Shown in pieces: positions 29,532-38,080 of a stretch of 64,000 nt of DNA (position 1 is its first letter; each line of letters opens with the position of its first letter). Made by a program: the position numbers and the translations under genes. The stretch is from a virus (Duplodnaviria > Heunggongvirae > Uroviricota > Caudoviricetes): IMG/VR virus record IMGVR_UViG_3300042400_000444; one strand, 5' to 3'. The notes under the pieces were generated by a model, which was given only the letters and a program-made list of their open reading frames with translations, made no database searches and was not told the DNA's origin.

Positions 29532-30707
29532 ATGACAACCCAACTATTAGAAGGCCGTTGGAACGAAACTAAGGATGCCCTGTTAGAAGGTCTACAAGGT
29601 TCAAAACGTTCTACTATGGCTGTAATTTTAGAAAACACACGTAAGCACTTAGTTGAAAATGCAACTGGTGGCGCAACAGCAGTAGGTAATGTTGCTACAT
29701 TAAACCGCGTTATTCTTCCAGTAATCAGACGTGTAATGCCAACAGTTATTGCAAATGAAATCGTTGGTGTACAACCAATGACAGGTCCAGTTGCACAAAT
29801 CCATACTTTACGTGTACGTTACGCTGATAGCGTTGGTGCAGGTTCTTCAGGTGGTGATGCAGCAGTTGCTGGCGGTGAAGCTCTTTCACCATTCAACATT
29901 GCAACAACATACTCAGGTGCTTCAACTGGTAAAGCTAGTTCAACAGCTTCATTAGAAGGTACTCCTGGTAACCGTATCAATGTACAAATCTTAAAACAAG
30001 TTGTTGAAGCGAAGACACGTAAATTGTCTGCTCGTTGGACATTTGAAGCTGCGCAAGATGCACAATCTATGCACGGTTTAGATGTTGAAGCTGAAATTAT
30101 GGCTGCACTTGCTCAAGAAATTACTGTTGAGATCGATCAAGAAGTTCTAGGTTCATTATCAGCTTTAGCTTCTACAGCTTCTGATAACTACAACCAAGCT
30201 ACTGTTTCTGGTACTGCTACATTCGTTGGTGACGAACACGCTGCTTTAGCTGTTTTAATCAACCGTAGTGCTAACAAAATTGCACAACGTACACGTCGTG
30301 GCGCTGGTAACTGGGCAGTTGTAAGTCCATCAGCTTTAACAGTGTTACAATCTGCAACTACTTCAGCTTTTGCTCGTAGTACAGAAGGTACATTTGAAGC
30401 TCCTACAAACACTAAATTCGTTGGTACTTTAAACAGTGCTATGAAGATTTATGTTAACACATACGCTTCAAGCGATACAGTGTTAGTTGGTTACAAAGGT
30501 TCATCAGAATCAGATGCGGCAGCTTTCTATTGCCCATATGTGCCTTTGATGTCTTCAGGCGTTGTTTTAGATCCAAATACTTTTGAACCAGTAGTTGGCT
30601 TTATGACACGTTATGGCTATGTAGAATTAAGCAACACTGCATCATCTCTTGGTAATGCAGCTGATTACTTAGAAAAAATCACAGTAACAAACTTATCATT
30701 CCAATAA
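29532..30707 (+). CDS. gp23: Major capsid protein, T4 gp23-like
   Basis: LPVIRRVMPTVIANEIVGVQPMTGPVAQIHTLR, KTRKLSARWTFEAAQD...HGLDVEAE, EIDQE, AAFYCPYVPL, GFMTRYG. Confidence 0.95.
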   Translation: MTTQLLEGRWNETKDALLEGLQGSKRSTMAVILENTRKHLVENATGGATAVGNVATLNRVILPVIRRVMPTVIANEIVGVQPMTGPVAQIHTLRVRYADSVGAGSSGGDAAVAGGEALSPFNIATTYSGASTGKASSTASLEGTPGNRINVQILKQVVEAKTRKLSARWTFEAAQDAQSMHGLDVEAEIMAALAQEITVEIDQEVLGSLSALASTASDNYNQATVSGTATFVGDEHAALAVLINRSANKIAQRTRRGAGNWAVVSPSALTVLQSATTSAFARSTEGTFEAPTNTKFVGTLNSAMKIYVNTYASSDTVLVGYKGSSESDAAAFYCPYVPLMSSGVVLDPNTFEPVVGFMTRYGYVELSNTASSLGNAADYLEKITVTNLSFQ

Positions 30708-30733
30708 GATTTATTTCTTAAAGGTATTATAAT

Positions 30734-30759
30734 AAAAAAGCCCCGCAAGGGGCTTTTTT
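30734..30759. terminator. Bidirectional intrinsic terminator after the capsid gene
   Basis: AAAAAAGCCCC-GCAA-GGGGCTTTTTT between convergent genes. Confidence 0.9.
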
Positions 30760-30768
30760 GTTGGCTAG

Positions 30769-31233
30769 TTATTTTGCTAATTCACAAAATTCATTATAAT
30801 TATCAACCTTGTGGCTACTTAGCCAGTGATTATCAAGTCTATTGCCATCACTGCCGAAATTAATACCAATAGTATTTCCTAACAGGTGGCTATGCGCTTT
30901 ATAAGGAATATGTAAATAGTAGTTTTTGTTGGTATTAGTTTCGGCAATAACTACTAACATTGGCGCAGTAGTATTGCGACTAATAGTAGCAACCCATGAA
31001 CCAGTAGGACGTAAATGTGTTCTGGCATGTTTAATTTGTTTGCCTGTAACTAAATCAATGTTTTTAGTTAACTTTCCGCACATTGCTATTCCAGATGTTT
31101 TACTGATTGCTAATTCAGCTAGTTGCCCGTTCTGCAATAAATCCATTTTATCTAGCATAGCCAGTGTATCAGCTAATGTAAACTTTTTATTTAATAAATC
31201 ACCGAATACTGTTTGTGTTAAATCATTGCGCAT
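30769..31233 (-). CDS. Hypothetical protein (154 aa), sigma70-driven
   Basis: Antisense to the late module; GGAG RBS; TTGACA at 31285-31290 with a TGT-AATAAT -10 at 31262-31267. Confidence 0.65.
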   Translation of the reverse strand: MRNDLTQTVFGDLLNKKFTLADTLAMLDKMDLLQNGQLAELAISKTSGIAMCGKLTKNIDLVTGKQIKHARTHLRPTGSWVATISRNTTAPMLVVIAETNTNKNYYLHIPYKAHSHLLGNTIGINFGSDGNRLDNHWLSSHKVDNYNEFCELAK

Positions 31234-31304
31234 ATCAATCTCCTATATAAAATGTAACGCTATTATTACATCAGTTAATCAACTTGTCAACAAATATAAT
31301 ATAA

Positions 31305-31628
31305 TTACTTTCTAAACTTTTCTTTGTGTGCTTGCTCCATGTGTTTACGAGGCAAGTTTCTAACAGTACCCATTAAAATCGCCGCACGTCCAGTTTCAAA
31401 ATTCGGATGCTTTACATGCCAATCTCTTTTACTTTCTGCACGTTCCAAACAATAACGCAAATCCCACTTAGTATCAAAATCTGTTTCTACTAAAAGCAAT
31501 TTGTTAATGTCAATAATATCTAAACAATATTCGACATACTTTACAGTAGCCTCTATCGAATTGTAATTAGTATCGCCTCCTCTAAAAACGGGCTTAATAC
31601 CTTTATATTTTTTTACAAAGTAGTTCAT
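31305..31628 (-). CDS. Hypothetical protein (probable start 31628, MNYFVKK..., 107 aa), sigma70-driven
   Basis: AAGGAGAAGG RBS before the ATG at 31628; the track's TTG start at 31682 is actually the -35 box. Confidence 0.65.
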   Translation of the reverse strand: MNYFVKKYKGIKPVFRGGDTNYNSIEATVKYVEYCLDIIDINKLLLVETDFDTKWDLRYCLERAESKRDWHVKHPNFETGRAAILMGTVRNLPRKHMEQAHKEKFRK

Positions 31629-31653
31629 ACCTTCTCCTTTATAATAAGTTAGC

Positions 31654-31682
31654 ATTATAACATCAATAATACACAAAGTCAA
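31654..31682 (-). promoter_or_regulatory. sigma70-type promoter
   Basis: TTGACT-N17-TATAAT on the minus strand. Confidence 0.8.
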
Positions 31683-31778
31683 TCTAATTACTAAATACTA
31701 CTGTTCACTCTTGAATGAGAGTTTATGCAGTTACCCACTGCGTAGGCGTTAGAACGCTAATTATATAAGGAGAAACAA

Positions 31779-32732
31779 ATGGGACGTCCGTTAAATAAGA
31801 AATATTTTGGTAACAGAAATTTAGGAACAACAGGTACAGGTGATGATGGTTTAGGCGGCAAGATTGTTGCTAGTGTAACTGTTGGAACAGCAGGTACGTA
31901 TACTACAAAACCAGTAATAACATTTTCAGCACCTGATTTAACAAGTGTTGGCGCAGTTACAGCAACTACTAGTCCAGCTCTTACACTTATGAAAGCAGTA
32001 TCAGCAACAGTTACAGTAGCACAAACTACAACATCAGATGATTATGTAGTTGGTGATATCTTAACAGTAACATTAAGTACAGGTGTATCAACATTTACAG
32101 TTGCAACACTTGATGTAGATGGCGGTGTTGCTACAGTTACAGTATTAGATGGTGGTACCCATACTGGTGCATTGTTAACAGGTGCTAAAGCAACAACTTC
32201 TAATTCAACATTAGGTCTTGGTTGTACTTTAACATTAACATACGGTGTTAAATCTATTGGAATCGTAAATTCAGGTAGTGGTTACACAAACGCTGCAGAT
32301 GCAGCGCCAATTGTTACAGGTGCAAACACTGGTGTTGCAGCAGTTGCAACTTCAGTATTAAGTACATTCTCAGCTCCAGGTAACAGCGAGCCAGCAATTA
32401 TTATTACTGCTTGGGTTCCTACAGTAAACGGTGGTAGTTCATCAGTAGTTGGTGATATCGTTGCGCAAAAAGGTTCACGTAGAATGAAAGTTGAAACAGC
32501 ACAAGGTACAGGCGTTGTAACTTTAGTTGCAGCAGTAGTTGCAGCTGGTCAAGGTACAATTATTGCTACTGATGTTAATGGTAGTACATATTGGGTTACA
32601 AAATTAACAAGCCATAAAGCATTGTTAACACGTAAAACAATGAGCGGTTCATATGCATTTGCAACAGATGCAACTGCACAGTGGTCATTTGCTGCTGCTT
32701 CGACAGGTATTGTACAAATAGCTAACGCTTAA
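31779..32732 (+). CDS. Virion structural protein, Thr/Gly/Ala/Val-rich (possible head decoration or appendage)
   Basis: MGRPLNKKYFG start; beta-rich low-charge composition; late box CTAAATA at 31691-31697, strong RBS and own terminator. Confidence 0.6.
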   Translation: MGRPLNKKYFGNRNLGTTGTGDDGLGGKIVASVTVGTAGTYTTKPVITFSAPDLTSVGAVTATTSPALTLMKAVSATVTVAQTTTSDDYVVGDILTVTLSTGVSTFTVATLDVDGGVATVTVLDGGTHTGALLTGAKATTSNSTLGLGCTLTLTYGVKSIGIVNSGSGYTNAADAAPIVTGANTGVAAVATSVLSTFSAPGNSEPAIIITAWVPTVNGGSSSVVGDIVAQKGSRRMKVETAQGTGVVTLVAAVVAAGQGTIIATDVNGSTYWVTKLTSHKALLTRKTMSGSYAFATDATAQWSFAAASTGIVQIANA

Positions 32733-32745
32733 TTGCAATAAAACT

Positions 32746-32774
32746 AAAATAGCATCTTCGGATGCTATTTTTTT
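32746..32774 (+). terminator. Intrinsic terminator
   Basis: AAAATAGCATC-TTCG-GATGCTATTTTTTT. Confidence 0.88.
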
Positions 32775-32823
32775 GACTACACTATCTACAAGTAGCATAA
32801 ATAATAGAAACTAGGATATTTAA

Positions 32824-33405
32824 ATGGCCGCTGTTAAAAGACTTAACACCTCGTACACAATTGACACCACTGATGTTATCATCACAGGTAACTTAACAGT
32901 ACAAGGTTCACAAACTGCAATTGAAACTACTAACACTACGTTAAAAGATAATATTATTGTTCTTAACGATGGCGAAGTTGGTGCTGGTGTAACATTGGGT
33001 ACTGCTGGTATTTCTGTTGCCCGCGGTTCATTAGCAAATGTTGCCCTACGCTGGAACGAAACAGTTGATAAATGGCAAACAACCAATGATGGGACAACAT
33101 TTTCGAATTTAGTAGTATCGTCAACTGGGTTATCTACTGTATTAGATGATACTGCTCCGGCACTTGGCGGAAATCTAAACACAAATAGTCATACAATATT
33201 ATCTAATGTTGGTAATATAAACTTTAGCGGTAATATACAAATCAATAATACTGCAATAGCACCGGGTGCAGTTGCTAATGCAACTGTAATATACGCATCA
33301 ACTCCAAATGGTGGAAAGAGCGGAATCTATGTAGTAAATGGATCGGCAATAAATGAAGAATTAGTTACAAAAACTCGAGCTTTCGGGTTCTCATTAATAT
33401 TATAG
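32824..33405 (+). CDS. Structural protein carrying one fibre 'knuckle' domain
   Basis: ITGNLTVQGSQTAIETTNTTLKDNIIVLN...GISVARG...LRWNE parallels the N-terminal domain of the 2485-aa protein; ATAAATA at 32797-32803. Confidence 0.6.
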   Translation: MAAVKRLNTSYTIDTTDVIITGNLTVQGSQTAIETTNTTLKDNIIVLNDGEVGAGVTLGTAGISVARGSLANVALRWNETVDKWQTTNDGTTFSNLVVSSTGLSTVLDDTAPALGGNLNTNSHTILSNVGNINFSGNIQINNTAIAPGAVANATVIYASTPNGGKSGIYVVNGSAINEELVTKTRAFGFSLIL

Positions 33406-33415
33406 GATTAACACA

Positions 33416-33727
33416 ATGGCAATATCTAACACAGTACTAACAACATCAATATCAAACGTTTATGTCAGCAGTGGAAATTCTGTTGTATCTGTTATGTATT
33501 TTTATAATGACAATGCATCAACTCGTGACTTTAGTCTATTCTTAGTTCCAAGCGGAACATCAACTATAGATAGCACAGTGCAAATTTATGGTAATGTACA
33601 GGTAACATCACAAGATACGTTTGTTATTGATTTAGAAAAATTAGTACTAGGAAATGGCGATACAATCAGAGCAAGTGCCTCAGCAAACACTTCGGTAACA
33701 GCAAGTGTAAGTTACGTAGGAATTTAA
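33416..33727 (+). CDS. Small beta-rich structural protein
   Basis: 103-aa ORF tightly packed in the late operon. Confidence 0.6.
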   Translation: MAISNTVLTTSISNVYVSSGNSVVSVMYFYNDNASTRDFSLFLVPSGTSTIDSTVQIYGNVQVTSQDTFVIDLEKLVLGNGDTIRASASANTSVTASVSYVGI

Positions 33728-33728
33728 T

Positions 33729-34160
33729 ATGGGACGTTTCCTTAAAAATGCGGTTACTAAATCGGGCACTACTGCAATTACATTTCCGAGAGGAACTAGT
33801 GCAGATCGTCCAACCGCGCCGCTTGATGGTGCGCATAGATACAATACATCGATTAATCGAGTGGAATTTTATGATGATGGTGTATGGCATATCCATGCTA
33901 AAGAAGATCCGGTAACTATAGTAAAAAATACATTCGCTGGTGACAATTCCACATCAGATTTTACAATGAGTAATACATACAATCTCGGAGAAGAAGCGCA
34001 AACATTAGTTTATGTAAATACGGTTTGGCAAAATCCCGGTGTTAACTATATATTCAACGGATCAACTAACATTCACTTTACTAGCGTCCCAGGCCCAGCA
34101 GCAGTTATTGTAGTTTTACATAACTATGCTACTACCACAACTACATGGCAAGATAACTAA
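33729..34160 (+). CDS. Structural protein with a fibre-associated two-domain module
   Basis: FPRGTSADRP...RYNTSINRVEFYDDGVW, then FAGDNSTSDF...VYVNTVWQNP module, also found in the 571- and 2485-aa proteins. Confidence 0.6.
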   Translation: MGRFLKNAVTKSGTTAITFPRGTSADRPTAPLDGAHRYNTSINRVEFYDDGVWHIHAKEDPVTIVKNTFAGDNSTSDFTMSNTYNLGEEAQTLVYVNTVWQNPGVNYIFNGSTNIHFTSVPGPAAVIVVLHNYATTTTTWQDN

Positions 34161-34186
34161 CTAAATATTAAAATAGGAGTTAGTTA

Positions 34187-36169
34187 ATGGCAATAGGTCG
34201 CGTACCCGGAGCAGCACTGTTAGGAAATTTAGATAGACAAGGTCTTGATCTAGGATTCACAACAAACAGTGCGACGTTATTACAGTTAGATTTTACTAAC
34301 TATTATCTCGGTGTCAACACAGCCACTCCTCAATATCCGTTAGATGTAGTTGGAAATGTTAGATTAGGCGTAATAACAATAGCCAACACAGCTATATCAA
34401 GTAGTTACGGTTTCATTGATTTTGGGTCTAATGCAAATGTAAAACTATCCGGCGGATTGTCGAATGAGATATTAGTTACCGATGGTTCCGGTAATTTACG
34501 CTGGGCAGAACTTTCTGAATTATCAGTAACTGGAATTTTAGGAAATAATGTACAATTAGGCGCAAATACAGCGGGTAAACTTTCAAGTAATGCGACAACA
34601 TTAACATCAACAACTTCAGTAACAAATAGTATTGCGCAACTTAATGAAGTACTAGGTAAATTAGTACCGCCTGCACCACCTGCCTTTCCGAATAGTACAA
34701 CATTAACTATTAATACATTGTCATCGTATCGTATGGCAAACTTTACACAAACAGACAACACAGCGAATACAAGAAATGTTGCTGGTGGTACAACAGTTTC
34801 TACAGTGCGTAGATCTGCAAGTTATACAACAAATACAATAACTGCTGCTGGCCCCGGCGATAGTGGTACTGTAACTGCCTTCTTAAATGGAGCAAGAGCT
34901 GGCAATGTTATAATGACAGGCAGTAGCAACGGAACTTATAGCAATTTAGTAATTTCAAATAATCAAGATTATCATAATGTAGTCGCTAATGTAGCGGCTA
35001 ATTTCTGGTCTTCGTTTAATGTTAGTGCTGGCGGAAATGTACCAGCTGGATGGAATGATCTAAATATTAATCATACAGGTGCATCAGCAAGTACAAATAC
35101 TGCGGCTTGGTATTATGATAGTAGTGCACCGGGTGCACCGAGCTTCTCATCACAAACTATTGCAGTTAATACTCCATCTCTAACATATTCTAGTACCGTA
35201 CCGCATTACAATAGTAGCACTACATTTAACATAGGATTTAATATTGGCGCTTTAAGCGGAGATACATATCCAACAAGTGATACATTTGCTACAGGTACAG
35301 CCGGCGGAGCATTTACAGCACCAGCAAGCAAAACCTATGCACAGTCAAGTATAACTACACCGTTGGCACGTAATCTATATGTAAGTTCAGGCAATGCAGC
35401 AGTAGCAACTACTACGAACATTATTACAGGATTTGGTAGTAGTTCAATTGGTCCGAGCGTATCTGTAACTAATTCTTATTTAACTGGTACATGGACATTT
35501 GCCCCGGGTGCAACTGTACTTTATAAAACCGGTACCAGTAATAATATAGAAGAAACAAATATATCAGTGACAAGTGTTGGTACAGGGTCAGGTAATGCAT
35601 ATAGAATTGTAAATCCAGGAAGTACAGATACCCCGGCTTATACAGGTAACGAAGCAACATTTAACAGCCAAACAAGTACATTAGAAACATATGATGCTAC
35701 AATTGTTGCCGGAGTATTAAAACATGATCAAACAAATTATTCAACTGGGTATTTACCAGCCGGCCCAAATTTAAGTTCTGGCAGAAGTACAGCACAATAC
35801 TTTACTATAAAATTTGTACGTAGTGTAGTGAGTAAATTTGACATAGTATATACAGGTACAGTAGCAGGTATGTGGGTAGCATTACCGGGTTCAACTATTG
35901 ACGGAACATCGTCATTAAATGGCTGGTTAGATATGAGTACAGCATACGCAGGTGCAGGTGTACCAGGATTAAGTGGTAATGGCTCAAATGGTTGCGCACT
36001 AAGTGGCGCAGTACCATTGAATAGTTATATGGCAACTAGCAAATCGGTAACAGCAACGTTTGGTACAGTTAGCTCGAGTAGCACAGCAACAAACGAGATT
36101 TATGTAAGAATTAAATTAACAAGTGGACAAACAATAGGTTCATTGAATATAACAACGGCAACACATTAA
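34187..36169 (+). CDS. Tail fibre or appendage-like structural protein (660 aa)
   Basis: Thr/Ser/Gly/Asn-rich beta composition; GGAG RBS; located within the fibre cluster. Confidence 0.55.
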   Translation: MAIGRVPGAALLGNLDRQGLDLGFTTNSATLLQLDFTNYYLGVNTATPQYPLDVVGNVRLGVITIANTAISSSYGFIDFGSNANVKLSGGLSNEILVTDGSGNLRWAELSELSVTGILGNNVQLGANTAGKLSSNATTLTSTTSVTNSIAQLNEVLGKLVPPAPPAFPNSTTLTINTLSSYRMANFTQTDNTANTRNVAGGTTVSTVRRSASYTTNTITAAGPGDSGTVTAFLNGARAGNVIMTGSSNGTYSNLVISNNQDYHNVVANVAANFWSSFNVSAGGNVPAGWNDLNINHTGASASTNTAAWYYDSSAPGAPSFSSQTIAVNTPSLTYSSTVPHYNSSTTFNIGFNIGALSGDTYPTSDTFATGTAGGAFTAPASKTYAQSSITTPLARNLYVSSGNAAVATTTNIITGFGSSSIGPSVSVTNSYLTGTWTFAPGATVLYKTGTSNNIEETNISVTSVGTGSGNAYRIVNPGSTDTPAYTGNEATFNSQTSTLETYDATIVAGVLKHDQTNYSTGYLPAGPNLSSGRSTAQYFTIKFVRSVVSKFDIVYTGTVAGMWVALPGSTIDGTSSLNGWLDMSTAYAGAGVPGLSGNGSNGCALSGAVPLNSYMATSKSVTATFGTVSSSSTATNEIYVRIKLTSGQTIGSLNITTATH

Positions 36170-36170
36170 T

Positions 36171-37886
36171 ATGGCGATAACAGACGCACAAAAGGTAGAT
36201 TACTTATTTAAGAAACTTGGTTATGGCGTAGCCAAGACAGATACCTCAACGGTTAAAAGTCCTAGTAATGAAAATATAGCAAGTCCAATAATTGTTCGCG
36301 GTAGTTCAATTTGGGCGCAAAGCGATTCTGTTCCTGCAACTATTCCTACTAGCAATTCAAGTATAGTAACAGTTTATGCAGATGCATTAAGTTCGACAAT
36401 TCAAGCAACAAACGATGGTACAGCAAGTACTAACAGAACATGGAATACGAACTTAACTGAATGGATTGATTCTAGTTTTGGTGCAACATATCAAGTCAAA
36501 GTTTACTTGGCTACTACAGGGTCTGCCACTCCCCAAACATCAGGAACACAATTATTTGCAGACGGGTCAGGAAATAATGACGAATGGTTCTTTGATTATA
36601 CATCTGGAGTATTAAACTTTATTGGAACAAACTTGCCAAGTGGTTCATTCACTGGTAAGAGTATCTTTATATCAGGTGCACGATATGTTGGAAACAAAGG
36701 ACTAGAACATTTAGGCAATGTAGATTTTAGTGGTGCAATTAGCGCATTAACAATTACTGAAAATACATATCGTGTATTAACTACTAATAGTAATATACAA
36801 ATCACCGGTGATGTTATTGGTAGTGGAACATATTCTAATATTGCATTGACTCTAGTAGATAGCGGTGTTGTTGCAGGTACATACGGTTCTGCAGATGATG
36901 AAATTGTTGATCGTGTACCGAAAATAACCGTTGATAGTAAAGGTCGAATAACACATATTTCAAACGTAGCATTAACCCAGATCGGTAATGTTTCGTTTAA
37001 TGATACAACTATTTCAACAACAAGTGGTATAACAGTAAATTCAGCAAACAACGGAAATATTACATTAAATGCACATGGTACAGGAATAGTAAAAATTAGT
37101 GGGAACGATGCTATTGCTATTCCGACTGGAAATACATCAGTCCGCCCATCTACTGTATCAACTGGTTATTTACGATATAATACAGATTTAGGTACTATAG
37201 AATTCTATAACGGAAATGAATGGGTAAACAATCAGACAGTGGCATCGATGACGTCACAAACAATTGTGCCCGATGGTATAACTAACGTATTTGCATTGTA
37301 CGAAACAGCAACCACAAATGGTGTTTTAGTTAGTATCAATGGTACAATTCAACAGCCAACTACTGCCTACACAGTTAACGGGTCTGACATTACATTTACA
37401 GAAATTCCATTGCCTACAGATACCATTGAGGTAAGAGCAATGTCTCTTATCATTAACTCTGTAACTGCGATTTCAGATGGAACAACCAGAGCAGAAACAG
37501 ATTCGGGTACTGGCGAAATCCGCTTTATCAATGCCGGTACAGAAAATATAAGCATTATACAAACTGGAGCAATAGTTATATCATCGCCGACTGTTAGTGT
37601 CCCTACTAGCGCAACCCCAACTATAATCGATAGTTATGATGGTGCAATTTATAGAACTGCTCGCTACACAATACAGGCAACTAGATTAACAAACTTTGAA
37701 AGTTACGAAGTAATGATTACTCATAACGGAACTTCTGCGTTTTACAAATTAATCAGTTCTGTCAATACAGGTACTAGTTTAGGTACTATGTCTGCCGCAA
37801 TTTCTGGCTCAACAATACAATTAAAATACACAGCATCGTATGCAAATACTAGCATACGCCTATCAAAAAATTACATCGTTTTATAA
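36171..37886 (+). CDS. Tail fibre or appendage-like structural protein (571 aa)
   Basis: Contains GVVAGTYGS...ITVDSKGRIT fibre motif; shares its two C-terminal modules with the 2485-aa protein. Confidence 0.6.
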   Translation: MAITDAQKVDYLFKKLGYGVAKTDTSTVKSPSNENIASPIIVRGSSIWAQSDSVPATIPTSNSSIVTVYADALSSTIQATNDGTASTNRTWNTNLTEWIDSSFGATYQVKVYLATTGSATPQTSGTQLFADGSGNNDEWFFDYTSGVLNFIGTNLPSGSFTGKSIFISGARYVGNKGLEHLGNVDFSGAISALTITENTYRVLTTNSNIQITGDVIGSGTYSNIALTLVDSGVVAGTYGSADDEIVDRVPKITVDSKGRITHISNVALTQIGNVSFNDTTISTTSGITVNSANNGNITLNAHGTGIVKISGNDAIAIPTGNTSVRPSTVSTGYLRYNTDLGTIEFYNGNEWVNNQTVASMTSQTIVPDGITNVFALYETATTNGVLVSINGTIQQPTTAYTVNGSDITFTEIPLPTDTIEVRAMSLIINSVTAISDGTTRAETDSGTGEIRFINAGTENISIIQTGAIVISSPTVSVPTSATPTIIDSYDGAIYRTARYTIQATRLTNFESYEVMITHNGTSAFYKLISSVNTGTSLGTMSAAISGSTIQLKYTASYANTSIRLSKNYIVL

Positions 37887-37915
37887 CACTAGCTATATCC
37901 TTTTTTGGGCAATCC

Positions 37916-38080
37916 ACTAAATACTTGTAACACATTCATGATTCAGTGGGGATATGGACCCACATTTGTCATTGAAGGTTATTCGATTAAATTGGCCTAG
38001 GGGATATGGAACCGCCGCTACAATTCAGTCACAACGTAGTAGAATACAAATTATAATTATAATCTCGGAGTTTTAATAAG
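37916..38080 (+). promoter_or_regulatory. Late promoter and long structured 5' leader of the giant fibre gene
   Basis: ACTAAATACT at 37916-37925; GTGGG-GATATGGA-CCCAC hairpin at 37946-37963; GGGGATATGGA repeated at 37948 and 38000. Confidence 0.55.

Noticed and set aside
31629-31682. Track start at 31682 for the 125-aa ORF; likewise starts at 21519 and 53966
   Set aside because: These upstream starts fall within or upstream of promoter boxes. Downstream ATGs at 31628 (with RBS), 21573 and 53927 (just after late boxes) fit better.
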